A stretch of 64,000 nt of DNA, taken from the NCBI GenBank assembly GCA_002753225.1, contig PDZS01000013.1, positions 20,167 through 84,166 of the forward strand, read 5' to 3'. Each line of letters opens with the position of its first letter. The first letter of the stretch is position 1. Positions 35,955 to 44,805 of the stretch are shown here, piece after piece. The notes beneath the pieces were generated by a model, which saw only the letters and a program-made list of their open reading frames with translations, searched no databases and had not been told where the DNA came from. The DNA comes from Deltaproteobacteria bacterium YD0425bin51. Lineage in GTDB: Bacteria > Desulfobacterota > Desulfobacteria > Desulfobacterales > YD0425bin51. A program made the translations under genes and the position numbers.

Positions 35955-35985
35955 ATCAACCATAAAAATATAGGAGAAAAGATAA

Positions 35986-36207
35986 ATGAAAGTAAAATCA
36001 AATGTAAAATCAGGTTATGATATTCCAGCAGGTCCAATTTGGAACAATGGCGATGCACAGGGTAAATGTCCTAAAACATGCGCTCCATTTGGCGGATGGA
36101 ATGGAAATTGGTTGACCACTATTCCTGGTAGGATGTCTGTATGCGGATGCAATGTTAATCCAAATATTGTAGGATGTAAACCTGGTCCAGGGGCAATTTT
36201 AAGTTAA
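35986..36207 (+). CDS. 73-aa Cys-containing mini-protein with MVL (mannan-binding lectin)-like domain and short N-terminal MKVK..K.G motif
   Basis: RBS AGGAG at 35972. AGPIWNNGDAQGKCPKTCAPFGGWNGNWLTTIPGRMSVCGC resembles the bacterial 'mannan-binding protein/MVL' repeat (GPIW...KCP...W.GQW.T..PG.MSVC), recalled from memory. There is no Sec-type hydrophobic signal. Five Cys. Confidence 0.6.
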   Translation: MKVKSNVKSGYDIPAGPIWNNGDAQGKCPKTCAPFGGWNGNWLTTIPGRMSVCGCNVNPNIVGCKPGPGAILS

Positions 36208-36221
36208 GAATACTATTTACC

Positions 36222-36250
36222 ATGTGCCAACTTTAGAAAAGTTGGCACAT
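36222..36250. other. Perfect 13-bp hairpin just after the mini-protein gene
   Basis: ATGTGCCAACTTT - AGA - AAAGTTGGCACAT. No T-run follows, so it is not a canonical intrinsic terminator. It may be an mRNA processing or stabilising hairpin. Confidence 0.75.
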
Positions 36251-36265
36251 AAGGAAAAAATAATT

Positions 36266-36481
36266 ATGATAAAAACAAAAACTAGCTTAAAAGCAGGCAA
36301 AATTACTATATATGGCTCATCTTCATGTGGATGGTGCCAAAAACAGAAGAATTATTTAAACTCTAAAGGAATAGCCTATACTTTTATTGATTGCTCTACT
36401 AATTCATGCCCTGACTTCGTAAAAGCATTTCCAACTATAGATAATAACGGAATAATATCAGAAGGTTATCAAGAATTATAA
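36266..36481 (+). CDS. Glutaredoxin/NrdH-like thiol-disulfide oxidoreductase with 11-aa N-terminal extension
   Basis: I prefer ATG 36266 (MIKTKTSLKAGKITIYGSSSCGWCQKQKNYLNSKGIAYTFIDC...), because the track's upstream start lies within the hairpin. It has a CGWC active site in a Grx-like beta-alpha-beta context. The stop abuts the ABC gene start (TAAATG). Confidence 0.7.
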   Translation: MIKTKTSLKAGKITIYGSSSCGWCQKQKNYLNSKGIAYTFIDCSTNSCPDFVKAFPTIDNNGIISEGYQEL

Positions 36482-38629
36482 ATGCAGTTTTCTGAACTCT
36501 ATAATTATTCATGGCCTCCTTCAATGCTTGCTGAATCTATTGAAATTTTAGCTAAAAAGGCAAAATATATCTCAAAGCCTGTAGATATACCTCTGCAGTT
36601 TAAAAATATAGAAGCTACAGATAAGGAGACTTTAACTATTTGGATAAGAAAAATAGCTGAACATGTTGGAATAGAAGCTGAACCTGTTGAATTTTTATAT
36701 TCTGATATAGATGATATGTTGTATAAAGCAGCTCCAGCTTTGATTTATTTACCATTACAAGATGAGCAAAGATTTCTAATCTTTTTTAAAGGGGATAAAA
36801 ATAGACTTAAAATTATAACTCCTGAAAATAAAGTAAAGAGTATACCTACAGATTTTGTTTGCGATATTATAACTTATGAAATTGAAGCCCCTTTTCTTGA
36901 ATCTGCAGATAACTTACTCTTAAATGTCGGTGTACCTAAAGAAAGGTTGCATAAAAGCAAAAAATCAATTTTCAAAGAACAACTTGGTTCAAAAAGAATT
37001 CATAACTGCTGGATTTTGAGGCTTTCACCTGGTGGCAGCTTATGGACACAGATAGTTGGAGCAAAAATACCCAAAAATATATTTACAATTATAATGATGA
37101 ATATTATTGGACAAATATTGATGCTGCTTAGCTGGTTTATTATAGGTAAAGGAGCATTCAAAGGCAACTTTGATCCTATGTGGCTTTATGCTTTGACTTT
37201 GCTAATGTTTACTGCTATACCTTTTCAGCTTATTACTACTTGGGCAGGCTCTTTAATGTCAATTAGCGCTGGAGAAATTTTTAAAAAGCGCCTCCTTTTT
37301 GGTATTCTTAAATTAGAACCTGAAGAAATAAAAAATCAAGGTGCAGGACAATTTTTAGGAAGAGTTATGGAGTCTGAATCAGTAGAATCTTTGGCTCTAA
37401 CCGGAGGAATTGTTGCTATAATTTCTATTATTGACTTATTTACAGCAGTAACTGTAATCAAAATGGGTATTGGAGGATGGCTACATACATTTATACTTTT
37501 TGGATGGATAATAATTTCAATATTTTTATATATTCAATATTTTAGAAAAATAAATGATTGGATGAACCTATATCAAGAAATGACAAATGATATGGTAGAG
37601 CGTATGGTAGGACACCGAACAAGGCTTGCTCAGGAAGATGAAAAAGATTGGCACAATGAAGAAGATAAAATTTTATCTAAATATTTCCAATTATCAGAAG
37701 ATTTAGATAAAGTGAATATAAAAATTCATGGAATTGTTTCTCATGGATGGGGAATTGTAGGTTTTTTAGGAATAGCTTATTTAATAATTATTATTCCTCC
37801 TGCATCAAAGTCTTTAATGGCTGTAAGTATAGGAGGAATAATGCTTGCTTCGCAAGCTTTGACTAGTATAGTTGGAACAATGTCGAGTATTGTTAACATT
37901 ACAATTGCATGGAAACAGGTAGGGCCACTTTTTACTGCTGCAAATCGTAAAAAATATAAACCGTCTTCCTTTGTTATTTCAAACAATGATTTAAAAAAGA
38001 AAATAGATGAAGATGATGAGCCTGTTTTAGCTGCTTATGATATTAATTTCAATTATGGAAACTATGGTCGTTCAATAATAACTAATTGTAGTTTAAAGAT
38101 ATCAAAAGGAGATAGACTTTTACTTGAAGGACCATCAGGAGGAGGAAAGTCAACTTTATCTGCTCTTATTGCTGGTTTGAAGGAGCCTGTATCTGGTATT
38201 TTGCTTATGGGAGGTTTGGACAAACAGACAATGGGGATAGATGAATGGAGGAAAAGAATAGTTATTGCTCCTCAATTTCATGAAAATCATGTTTTAATGG
38301 AAACATTTGCATTTAATTTACTTATGGGAAGACGCTGGCCCCCCTCAAATGAGGATTTAGAGCATGCAGAAGAAATATGTCAGGAGCTAGGACTTGGAGA
38401 ACTTTTGCATAGAATGCCTGCTGGAATTCAACAGATGGTTGGAGAAAGTGGCTGGAGATTATCTCATGGTGAAAGGAGCCGTCTTTATATTGCTAGAGCG
38501 CTTCTTCAGGAAGCAGAGATAATTATTTTAGATGAGAGTTTTGCAGCTCTTGATCCTGAAAATCTTTATAGAGCAATGAATTGCGTTTTAAAGCGTGCTT
38601 CTACTCTACTAGTTATTGCGCATCCATAA
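36482..38629 (+). CDS. ABC exporter (N-terminal ~190-aa cytoplasmic domain - 6-TM permease - ATPase), no peptidase active site seen
   Basis: Walker A GPSGGGKST, signature LSHGERSRL, Walker B IIILDESFAALD. In the N-terminal domain (SWPPSMLAESIEILAKKAKYI...) I find no Q/C/H C39 triad. The architecture resembles the non-peptidase partner of two-subunit bacteriocin (NHLP-type) exporters. Confidence 0.85.
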   Translation: MQFSELYNYSWPPSMLAESIEILAKKAKYISKPVDIPLQFKNIEATDKETLTIWIRKIAEHVGIEAEPVEFLYSDIDDMLYKAAPALIYLPLQDEQRFLIFFKGDKNRLKIITPENKVKSIPTDFVCDIITYEIEAPFLESADNLLLNVGVPKERLHKSKKSIFKEQLGSKRIHNCWILRLSPGGSLWTQIVGAKIPKNIFTIIMMNIIGQILMLLSWFIIGKGAFKGNFDPMWLYALTLLMFTAIPFQLITTWAGSLMSISAGEIFKKRLLFGILKLEPEEIKNQGAGQFLGRVMESESVESLALTGGIVAIISIIDLFTAVTVIKMGIGGWLHTFILFGWIIISIFLYIQYFRKINDWMNLYQEMTNDMVERMVGHRTRLAQEDEKDWHNEEDKILSKYFQLSEDLDKVNIKIHGIVSHGWGIVGFLGIAYLIIIIPPASKSLMAVSIGGIMLASQALTSIVGTMSSIVNITIAWKQVGPLFTAANRKKYKPSSFVISNNDLKKKIDEDDEPVLAAYDINFNYGNYGRSIITNCSLKISKGDRLLLEGPSGGGKSTLSALIAGLKEPVSGILLMGGLDKQTMGIDEWRKRIVIAPQFHENHVLMETFAFNLLMGRRWPPSNEDLEHAEEICQELGLGELLHRMPAGIQQMVGESGWRLSHGERSRLYIARALLQEAEIIILDESFAALDPENLYRAMNCVLKRASTLLVIAHP

Positions 38630-38660
38630 ACATTAAACAAATAAGTAAAGGTTATTTATT

Positions 38661-38894
38661 ATGAATGTATTACCACTTAACTTAATTCTTTCATCTCCTT
38701 TTGAATTACAAGTTGTATATTTTGTATTAAGCTTTATCATTGCACTAATAGGAATAAATCGAAAAATGGGATTTTGGGGTTATCTTTTTTGCTCAATACT
38801 TTTTTCACCTCTAATTGGATTGATGGTAGTTATGGTATCAGCAAAGAATGTATCAGCAAAGAAAGAGGATAATAAAATTAAAAAGCAGGAATGA
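38661..38894 (+). CDS. Small 2-TM membrane protein
   Basis: 77 aa with two hydrophobic helices and a Lys-rich tail. It sits tightly between the ABC and SPFH genes. Confidence 0.4.
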   Translation: MNVLPLNLILSSPFELQVVYFVLSFIIALIGINRKMGFWGYLFCSILFSPLIGLMVVMVSAKNVSAKKEDNKIKKQE

Positions 38895-38897
38895 TAT

Positions 38898-39851
38898 ATG
38901 GCAGATGAATATGTAAAACGTATAGTACCATCATTTAAAAAAATAGAAGATTTTTGGCATAAGTTCGTAAGTACAGGTTTGGTCCCGACCATTATATTTT
39001 TAGTTATTTTTTTAATTTTATTTACAATTTTAGTAAAAAGTATTTTTTATACTATAGCTCCTGGACAAGCAGCTGTGAGATGGAGTCGTTTTCATGGAGG
39101 TACTCAAATAGATTACGTTTATCCAGAAGGTTGGAATTACATAACACCCTGGGATAAAATGTATATATATAACATAAGAATACAAGAAATTTCCCATGAG
39201 ATGAGCGTTTTGAGCAAAAACGGACTTAAAGTGGATCTTAATTTATCCATTAGATTTGCACCTAAATATAAATTGTTAGGACTTTTGCACCAGAAAATTG
39301 GGCCAGATTATGCAAATACAGTAATTATACCTGAAGTTGAAGCAGTATTACGTGAAATTATTGGCACTATGGAGGCAGAAAATATTTATACAACAGGAAG
39401 AGCATTAATAGTTGAAGCAATAAATAAAGCTATTGAGCAGGTTGCTCAGCGGTATATAGATATAGATAAGGTTTTAATAAAAAGTATTCAGCTTCCAGAT
39501 AGCGTTGAACAGGCAATTCGTTATAAAATAGAGCAGAAACATTTAATTGAAGCCACTGAATTTATTGTTGAGAAGGAAAAAAAGGAAGCAGATCGTAAAC
39601 GTGTCGAAGCAGCAGGTCTTAGAGATTACAATAAAATAGTTGAAGATTCGCTTTCAAAAAAAATAATGGACTGGAAAGCAATTCAAGCAACTATGGAGCT
39701 AGCTAAATCTAATAATTCAAAGGTTATTTTAGTAGGGGCAGGAGAAAGAGGGCTCCCAATTTTTGGTGGAATTCAAGTAGATGACTTGACTAAAGAAAGC
39801 TCAAAAGATAATGATAAAGATAATAATAAAAAAGAGATTATTAAAAAGTAG
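38898..39851 (+). CDS. SPFH/Band-7 (prohibitin/HflC-like) membrane protein
   Basis: N-terminal TM helix, then IAPGQAAVRWSRFHGGT...VLSKNGLKVDLNLSIRF...IIPEVEAVLREIIG and a coiled-coil C-terminus. Confidence 0.8.
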   Translation: MADEYVKRIVPSFKKIEDFWHKFVSTGLVPTIIFLVIFLILFTILVKSIFYTIAPGQAAVRWSRFHGGTQIDYVYPEGWNYITPWDKMYIYNIRIQEISHEMSVLSKNGLKVDLNLSIRFAPKYKLLGLLHQKIGPDYANTVIIPEVEAVLREIIGTMEAENIYTTGRALIVEAINKAIEQVAQRYIDIDKVLIKSIQLPDSVEQAIRYKIEQKHLIEATEFIVEKEKKEADRKRVEAAGLRDYNKIVEDSLSKKIMDWKAIQATMELAKSNNSKVILVGAGERGLPIFGGIQVDDLTKESSKDNDKDNNKKEIIKK

Positions 39852-42555
39852 TCTTATATTTTTGATAATTCTTACACTTATAGTTGGCTGTAGATCTAAA
39901 ATAGATGTATCTGAAAAAAGAGCAAAAAGAGCTTTTGAATCAAAAGGGGATATAGTTGTTGCTATAGTTGATTCATCAGTTACACCAACTATGTTTGTTG
40001 AAGGGGTTAAACTAGCTATTGAAGACATAAATTCTTCTGGAGGAGTTTTAGGAAGAAAAATCAAACCCTTGTTCTATGATGACGAGGGAAAATTTGAAAC
40101 AGGACAAAAGATTGCGCATAAGATAGCTGGAAAAGATGATGTTATTGCAGTTATTGGGCACCGTTTTTCTGAGGTTGCAGTCCCTGTATCAATTACATAT
40201 GAAAAGAATGGAATTCTGTTCATTTCGACTGGAGCAACAGATCAGGATTTGATAAGAGACACTGCTGTTTTTACAGTAAGGAATATATCTTCAGATGAAG
40301 ATTTTGGCCGTGAATCAGCAGCTTTTGCCAAACGTAAAAATTTTAAGAAGATTGCAATTTTGTTTGATAGCGAGTCTTCAGGGAAAAGGATTGCAGATCT
40401 TTTTCATGAGCAGGCAGATCGTATTGGAATTAAAATTGTTGCTGAAAAAGCCTATTCTAAATATCAGGATGACTTTAGGTATTTGATTTCAGATTTAACA
40501 AAACAAGCAAAATTTGATGCGATATTTTTAGGAGGAATGCTTCCATCTGCGGCTATTATGATTAAACAGCTCAGAAACTTAGGAGTTGATGTTCCGATTA
40601 TAGGAACAGAGAGGATGGATGCTCCAGAACTTTTAAATATTGCAGGCAAAGCTGCAAATGATACAATTGTTACAACTGTATTTGATCCTAGACTTTCTGA
40701 AAAAAATACTATCTATTTTACAAGCACATTCAAAGAAAAAAATGGTGTTGAACCTGATGCATGGGCAGCACAAGGTTATGATGCAATATCTCTTTTGGCG
40801 TTTGCCATTGACAAAAGCGGATCAACTGTTCCTATAGCATTAAGCTCTACATTAAAGCTTTTAAAAAAATGGAAAAGTGTTTCAGGTTCTTATTCTTTTA
40901 ATCAAAATGGCTCAATTAGCGGTAAAAATATTTTTTTTAAAATCATAAAAAATAGTAATTTTGCAGTATTAGAGCGAGAATTAAGGCAAAATATTAATCC
41001 TTTTGAAGTTATAAAAGATATAACTATAAGGATACCGATTGAAGGTGCAGTTGAAACAGTAGACCCAACTTTTGTACAAGATATGATTTCTATTGACTTG
41101 TCAGAACAATTATTTTTAGGCCTTACTGATTTTAATCCCAAAAACTATGAAGCTTATCCTGAACTTGCTACAAAATGGACAGTAAGCGAAGATGGAAGAA
41201 CATATCGTTTTGAAATGCGTAAGGATGTTTTATGGACTGATGGTACTCCTGTAACTGCCCATGATATAGTGTGGGCAATACAAAGAAATATAAAACCTGA
41301 GACTAATTGTCCTTCTGTATCAATGTTATATATTTTAAAAAATGCCAAAGCAATAAATAAAAAAGAAATGACTGAAATTTCTCAACTTGGTGTAAAAGCT
41401 GATGGAGATTATGCAGTGGAATTCAGCCTTGAAAATCCAGCTTCTTATTTTCCAGCTATGGCTGGATTATGGGTATATAGACCTTTACCAAGAAAAATAA
41501 TTGAAAAATATCAACAAGATTGGACTGATCCTAAAAATATAGTAACAAATGGTTCTTATCGCTTAGCATCACTGGAAAAGGAGATGCTGGTAATTTTAAG
41601 GAAAAATGAATTATATTATGATGCAAATCAAGTTAAGATTCCTGAAGTTCGCTATTATGTTATACCAGACGGTAGCATTGGTTTGTCAATGTATAAAAAT
41701 GACCAATTAGATATAATGGGTGGAAACTATTTGACTATTCCTCCTTCTGAAATTTCCAATCTAAATGCAAATCCTGCATTAGCAAGTGAGCTTTATCAAG
41801 TACCTCAGTTCTGCACTTATGCTTATGGCTTTAACACAAAACTTCCGCCCATGGATAATCCGTTAGTAAGAAAAGCAATATCTGCTGCAATTGATCGATC
41901 TCTGCTGTGCGAAGTTTTATATAGAGGGAATCAGGAGCCTGCTACAACTTTTACTCGTCCTCCTATTTTTGGATCAGTTGATCCAAGAGATGGTATAGGA
42001 ATACACTTTGATTTAAAACTTGCTAAAAAATGGCTTACTGAAGCTGGTTTTCCAGATGGAAAAGGATTTCCAGAAATAAAATTACTTTATAACAGTTCTC
42101 CAAAACATGAAATGGTAGCAAAAGCTATCCAAACATTATTAGATTATTCCTTAAATATTAAAGTCAATATCGTTCCTAAAGAATGGTCAGAATATACAGA
42201 AGGTATGAAACAACCAAACACTAATTATCATATGTTTAGATTTGGATGGTGTAACGATTATCCAGATGCTAATAATTCTTTAAATGAACTTTTTAACCCT
42301 AAAAGTTCAAATAATAATATTGGATGGGAGAATAAAGAATTTACAGATCTCATGGAAAGGGCTCAAAAAGAGACTATTCCAGAAGACAGGAAAAAAACAT
42401 ACAAGAGGGCAGAACAGATTCTTTGTGAAGAAGTCTGCGCAATGATGCCCTTATTTTTTGAAGTTCATAATTTTTTGGTTAAATCAAGAGTCAAAGGCTG
42501 GTATAACTTGGCTTTAGGAGGGCAACATATTCGTGACTGGTATTTTGAAGAATAA
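39811..42555 (+). CDS. Lipoprotein fusing a type-1 periplasmic binding domain (LivJ/ANF-receptor-like) to a family-5 (OppA/DppA-like) solute-binding domain
   Basis: Lipobox LIVGC. The N-terminal half (VVAIVDSS...INSSGGVLGRKIKPLFYDDEG...AVIGHRFSEVA) is LIVBP-like. The C-terminal half (..DLSEQLFLGLTDFNPKN..PELATKWTVSEDGRTYRFEMRKDVLWTDGTPVTAHD..) is SBP_bac_5-like. Confidence 0.8.
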   Translation: MIKIIIKKRLLKSSLIFLIILTLIVGCRSKIDVSEKRAKRAFESKGDIVVAIVDSSVTPTMFVEGVKLAIEDINSSGGVLGRKIKPLFYDDEGKFETGQKIAHKIAGKDDVIAVIGHRFSEVAVPVSITYEKNGILFISTGATDQDLIRDTAVFTVRNISSDEDFGRESAAFAKRKNFKKIAILFDSESSGKRIADLFHEQADRIGIKIVAEKAYSKYQDDFRYLISDLTKQAKFDAIFLGGMLPSAAIMIKQLRNLGVDVPIIGTERMDAPELLNIAGKAANDTIVTTVFDPRLSEKNTIYFTSTFKEKNGVEPDAWAAQGYDAISLLAFAIDKSGSTVPIALSSTLKLLKKWKSVSGSYSFNQNGSISGKNIFFKIIKNSNFAVLERELRQNINPFEVIKDITIRIPIEGAVETVDPTFVQDMISIDLSEQLFLGLTDFNPKNYEAYPELATKWTVSEDGRTYRFEMRKDVLWTDGTPVTAHDIVWAIQRNIKPETNCPSVSMLYILKNAKAINKKEMTEISQLGVKADGDYAVEFSLENPASYFPAMAGLWVYRPLPRKIIEKYQQDWTDPKNIVTNGSYRLASLEKEMLVILRKNELYYDANQVKIPEVRYYVIPDGSIGLSMYKNDQLDIMGGNYLTIPPSEISNLNANPALASELYQVPQFCTYAYGFNTKLPPMDNPLVRKAISAAIDRSLLCEVLYRGNQEPATTFTRPPIFGSVDPRDGIGIHFDLKLAKKWLTEAGFPDGKGFPEIKLLYNSSPKHEMVAKAIQTLLDYSLNIKVNIVPKEWSEYTEGMKQPNTNYHMFRFGWCNDYPDANNSLNELFNPKSSNNNIGWENKEFTDLMERAQKETIPEDRKKTYKRAEQILCEEVCAMMPLFFEVHNFLVKSRVKGWYNLALGGQHIRDWYFEE

Positions 42556-44761
42556 AAAAATTTATGTAACTATTGCGTTAATTATTTTAGCATTATTAGG
42601 TTTAGTAATATATTTTTCATTTATTATAAAAAAAGATTATTACATTGCTGTTGCAGGTCCTATGAGTGGACAGCGTAAATATGATGGTGAAGCAATGTTA
42701 AAAGGGATTAATCTGTGTCTTGATGAGATAAACAAAAAGGGTGGAATTAATGGAAGAAAGATACTTGCTCGTATTTTTGATGATAAAGGACAAACAAGAA
42801 TAGCAATGAATATTGCTTCTCAAATTTCAGAAGATAAAGATATCTTACTAACTCTTGGGCACTTTGACAGCTCAACTTCATATTCTGCTGGAAGTATTTA
42901 TCGTAAAACAGGTGTACCTGCAATCACTGCATCTGCAACTGCTGTTGAAGTAACTCGCGAAAATGATTTTTATTTCAGGGTCATCACAAACAATGCTTTT
43001 GAAGGAAGCTTTATTGCTAATTACTTGAAAACATTAGGTAAACAATCAGCAACCATCATTTATAATAAAGATACCTATGGGACATCTCTTGTGGAAAGTT
43101 TTGAAAAAACGGCAAAAACAATTGGTATTGCTGTCAAAAAAAAATGGGGTTTTGACTCAGAAAGTGAAACAATAAATGAGGATATGTCTAAAATTATCAC
43201 TGAACTTAGAGCAATAAGTGATCCTGGTATGCTATTTTTGGCAGTTCATGGGAATGAAGCCCCTAAAATTATCAAATCATTAAAATTTTCAGGTGCTGAT
43301 TTTTCAATTTTTGGACCTGATAGTTTTGCAACTGTTTCATTTATTAGTGGATTCAAAGAATTTCCCGAGGAACAGACAAAACCAGGATACTATACAGATG
43401 GAATTTATTGTGCTTCTCCATTTATGGCAGAAATTGCAAATGAAAAAGCACAGAAATTTAGAAAATTATATATGCATAAATACTTAGAGGAGCCATTATG
43501 GACATCAGCCTGTTATTATGATGCAGCTCTTGTTGCAGTTGAAGCAATTAAATCTTCAGACATTGGAAATAGTGATCAAATTCGAAAATCGAGAAGAGAA
43601 ATCAGAAGTTCTCTTGCAAATATGTATAGGCAAGAAGATGCTTTAATAGGAGTCACTGGGCCAATATACTTTGATAAAAATGGAGATGTAAACCGTCCAA
43701 TGGCAGTAGGAAAATACAAAAAACAAATATTTATGCCAGCATACTTACAGTATCAATTAATTCCAGATCCTCCAGATAGTGAGGCAACCTTAAAAAAAGT
43801 TCTGAAAGGTGATATTTTTGTTATTGAAGGCAAAAATATGCATAAATACAAAGTAGTCTATACAGGTATTGATGTTAACGAGATTTTTAACCTGGATATT
43901 AAAAAATCTACTTACAGCATGGATTTTTATATTTGGTTCAGATTTGAAGGAGAATTGGATGATAAAGATATCAATTTTGTAAATGCGGCAAGTCCTATTG
44001 ATATAGGTAAACCTATTTTTGAAGAACAGAAAGATGGCATTACTTTGCGTGCATATCGTGTTAAAGGGAATTTTAAAGGTAATTTTGACTTTAGCTCATA
44101 TCCTTTTGACAAGCATAATTTAGAGATAAAATTTCATCATAAAAAAGATACTCGTGAACAGTTAATATATGTTGTTGATATTTTGGCACTTCCTGATTCA
44201 GTTTTAAAAGCAAAACATCATGAGATAGATTTTAAAAGCTCTATTGAGTGGAAAATTATAGATAAATTTTATTATCAAGATATTAAAACAGATAATTCAA
44301 CTCGTGGTAAGTTAGATTCTTTAAATGAACAGAATAAATATTCTTATTCCATGTTTAATCTTTCAATTTTAATAAAAAAGACTGGAATAGGTGAATTCTT
44401 AAGAAATATAATCCCTATGATTGTATTAATTTTGATTTTATATATTATCTATTTTATACCTAATGAAAAATGGTGGGTGCACTTAGTTATAATACTTACA
44501 GTACTTATCACAAACATATTCTACCATGTAAAACTATTAAATTATTTACCCATTAATTACACGAGTTGCATGGAATATTTATTTTTTTCTTTATATTTAC
44601 TTATAATTATGAAATTGCTGTTACTCTCAATTATATTTATTCATTTCAAAAAAAATAATATAAAAAGATTAAACTTAATTCAAAATGTAGGAAAAATATT
44701 GTTTCTGCCAGTTGCTTTTGGAATGATTTTAATAACCCTGTATTTAACAGGTCGCTTTTAG
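42533..44761 (+). CDS. Type-1 periplasmic binding domain fused to a pentameric ligand-gated ion channel (Cys-loop-superfamily-like) module
   Basis: N-terminal TM/signal anchor, then a LIVBP-like domain (IAVAGPMSGQRKYDGEAMLKGINLCLDEINKKGGINGRKILARIFDD..). A beta-sandwich ECD-like region follows (VVYTGIDVNEIFNLDIKKSTYSMDFYIWFRF ... FDFSSYPFDKHNLEIKF). It ends in four TM helices with pLGIC-like landmarks (NIIPMIVLILILYIIYFIP; LPINYTSCMEYLFF). Confidence 0.7.
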   Translation: MTGILKNKKIYVTIALIILALLGLVIYFSFIIKKDYYIAVAGPMSGQRKYDGEAMLKGINLCLDEINKKGGINGRKILARIFDDKGQTRIAMNIASQISEDKDILLTLGHFDSSTSYSAGSIYRKTGVPAITASATAVEVTRENDFYFRVITNNAFEGSFIANYLKTLGKQSATIIYNKDTYGTSLVESFEKTAKTIGIAVKKKWGFDSESETINEDMSKIITELRAISDPGMLFLAVHGNEAPKIIKSLKFSGADFSIFGPDSFATVSFISGFKEFPEEQTKPGYYTDGIYCASPFMAEIANEKAQKFRKLYMHKYLEEPLWTSACYYDAALVAVEAIKSSDIGNSDQIRKSRREIRSSLANMYRQEDALIGVTGPIYFDKNGDVNRPMAVGKYKKQIFMPAYLQYQLIPDPPDSEATLKKVLKGDIFVIEGKNMHKYKVVYTGIDVNEIFNLDIKKSTYSMDFYIWFRFEGELDDKDINFVNAASPIDIGKPIFEEQKDGITLRAYRVKGNFKGNFDFSSYPFDKHNLEIKFHHKKDTREQLIYVVDILALPDSVLKAKHHEIDFKSSIEWKIIDKFYYQDIKTDNSTRGKLDSLNEQNKYSYSMFNLSILIKKTGIGEFLRNIIPMIVLILILYIIYFIPNEKWWVHLVIILTVLITNIFYHVKLLNYLPINYTSCMEYLFFSLYLLIIMKLLLLSIIFIHFKKNNIKRLNLIQNVGKILFLPVAFGMILITLYLTGRF

Positions 44762-44805
44762 CTATATCAACTATCAACTATTAATTATTAAAAAAGGAGA
44801 AAAAG

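Noticed and set aside
35986-36207. The 73-aa protein as a TpsA-like cargo of the upstream TpsB
   Set aside because: It is far too small and lacks any TPS-domain-like sequence (no NPNL/NPNGI-type motifs). The association with TpsB is left as an open question only.
36222-36250. The hairpin after the mini-protein gene as an intrinsic terminator
   Set aside because: The 13-bp stem is perfect, but it is followed by AAGGAAAAAA rather than a U-tract. It is kept as a structural feature only.
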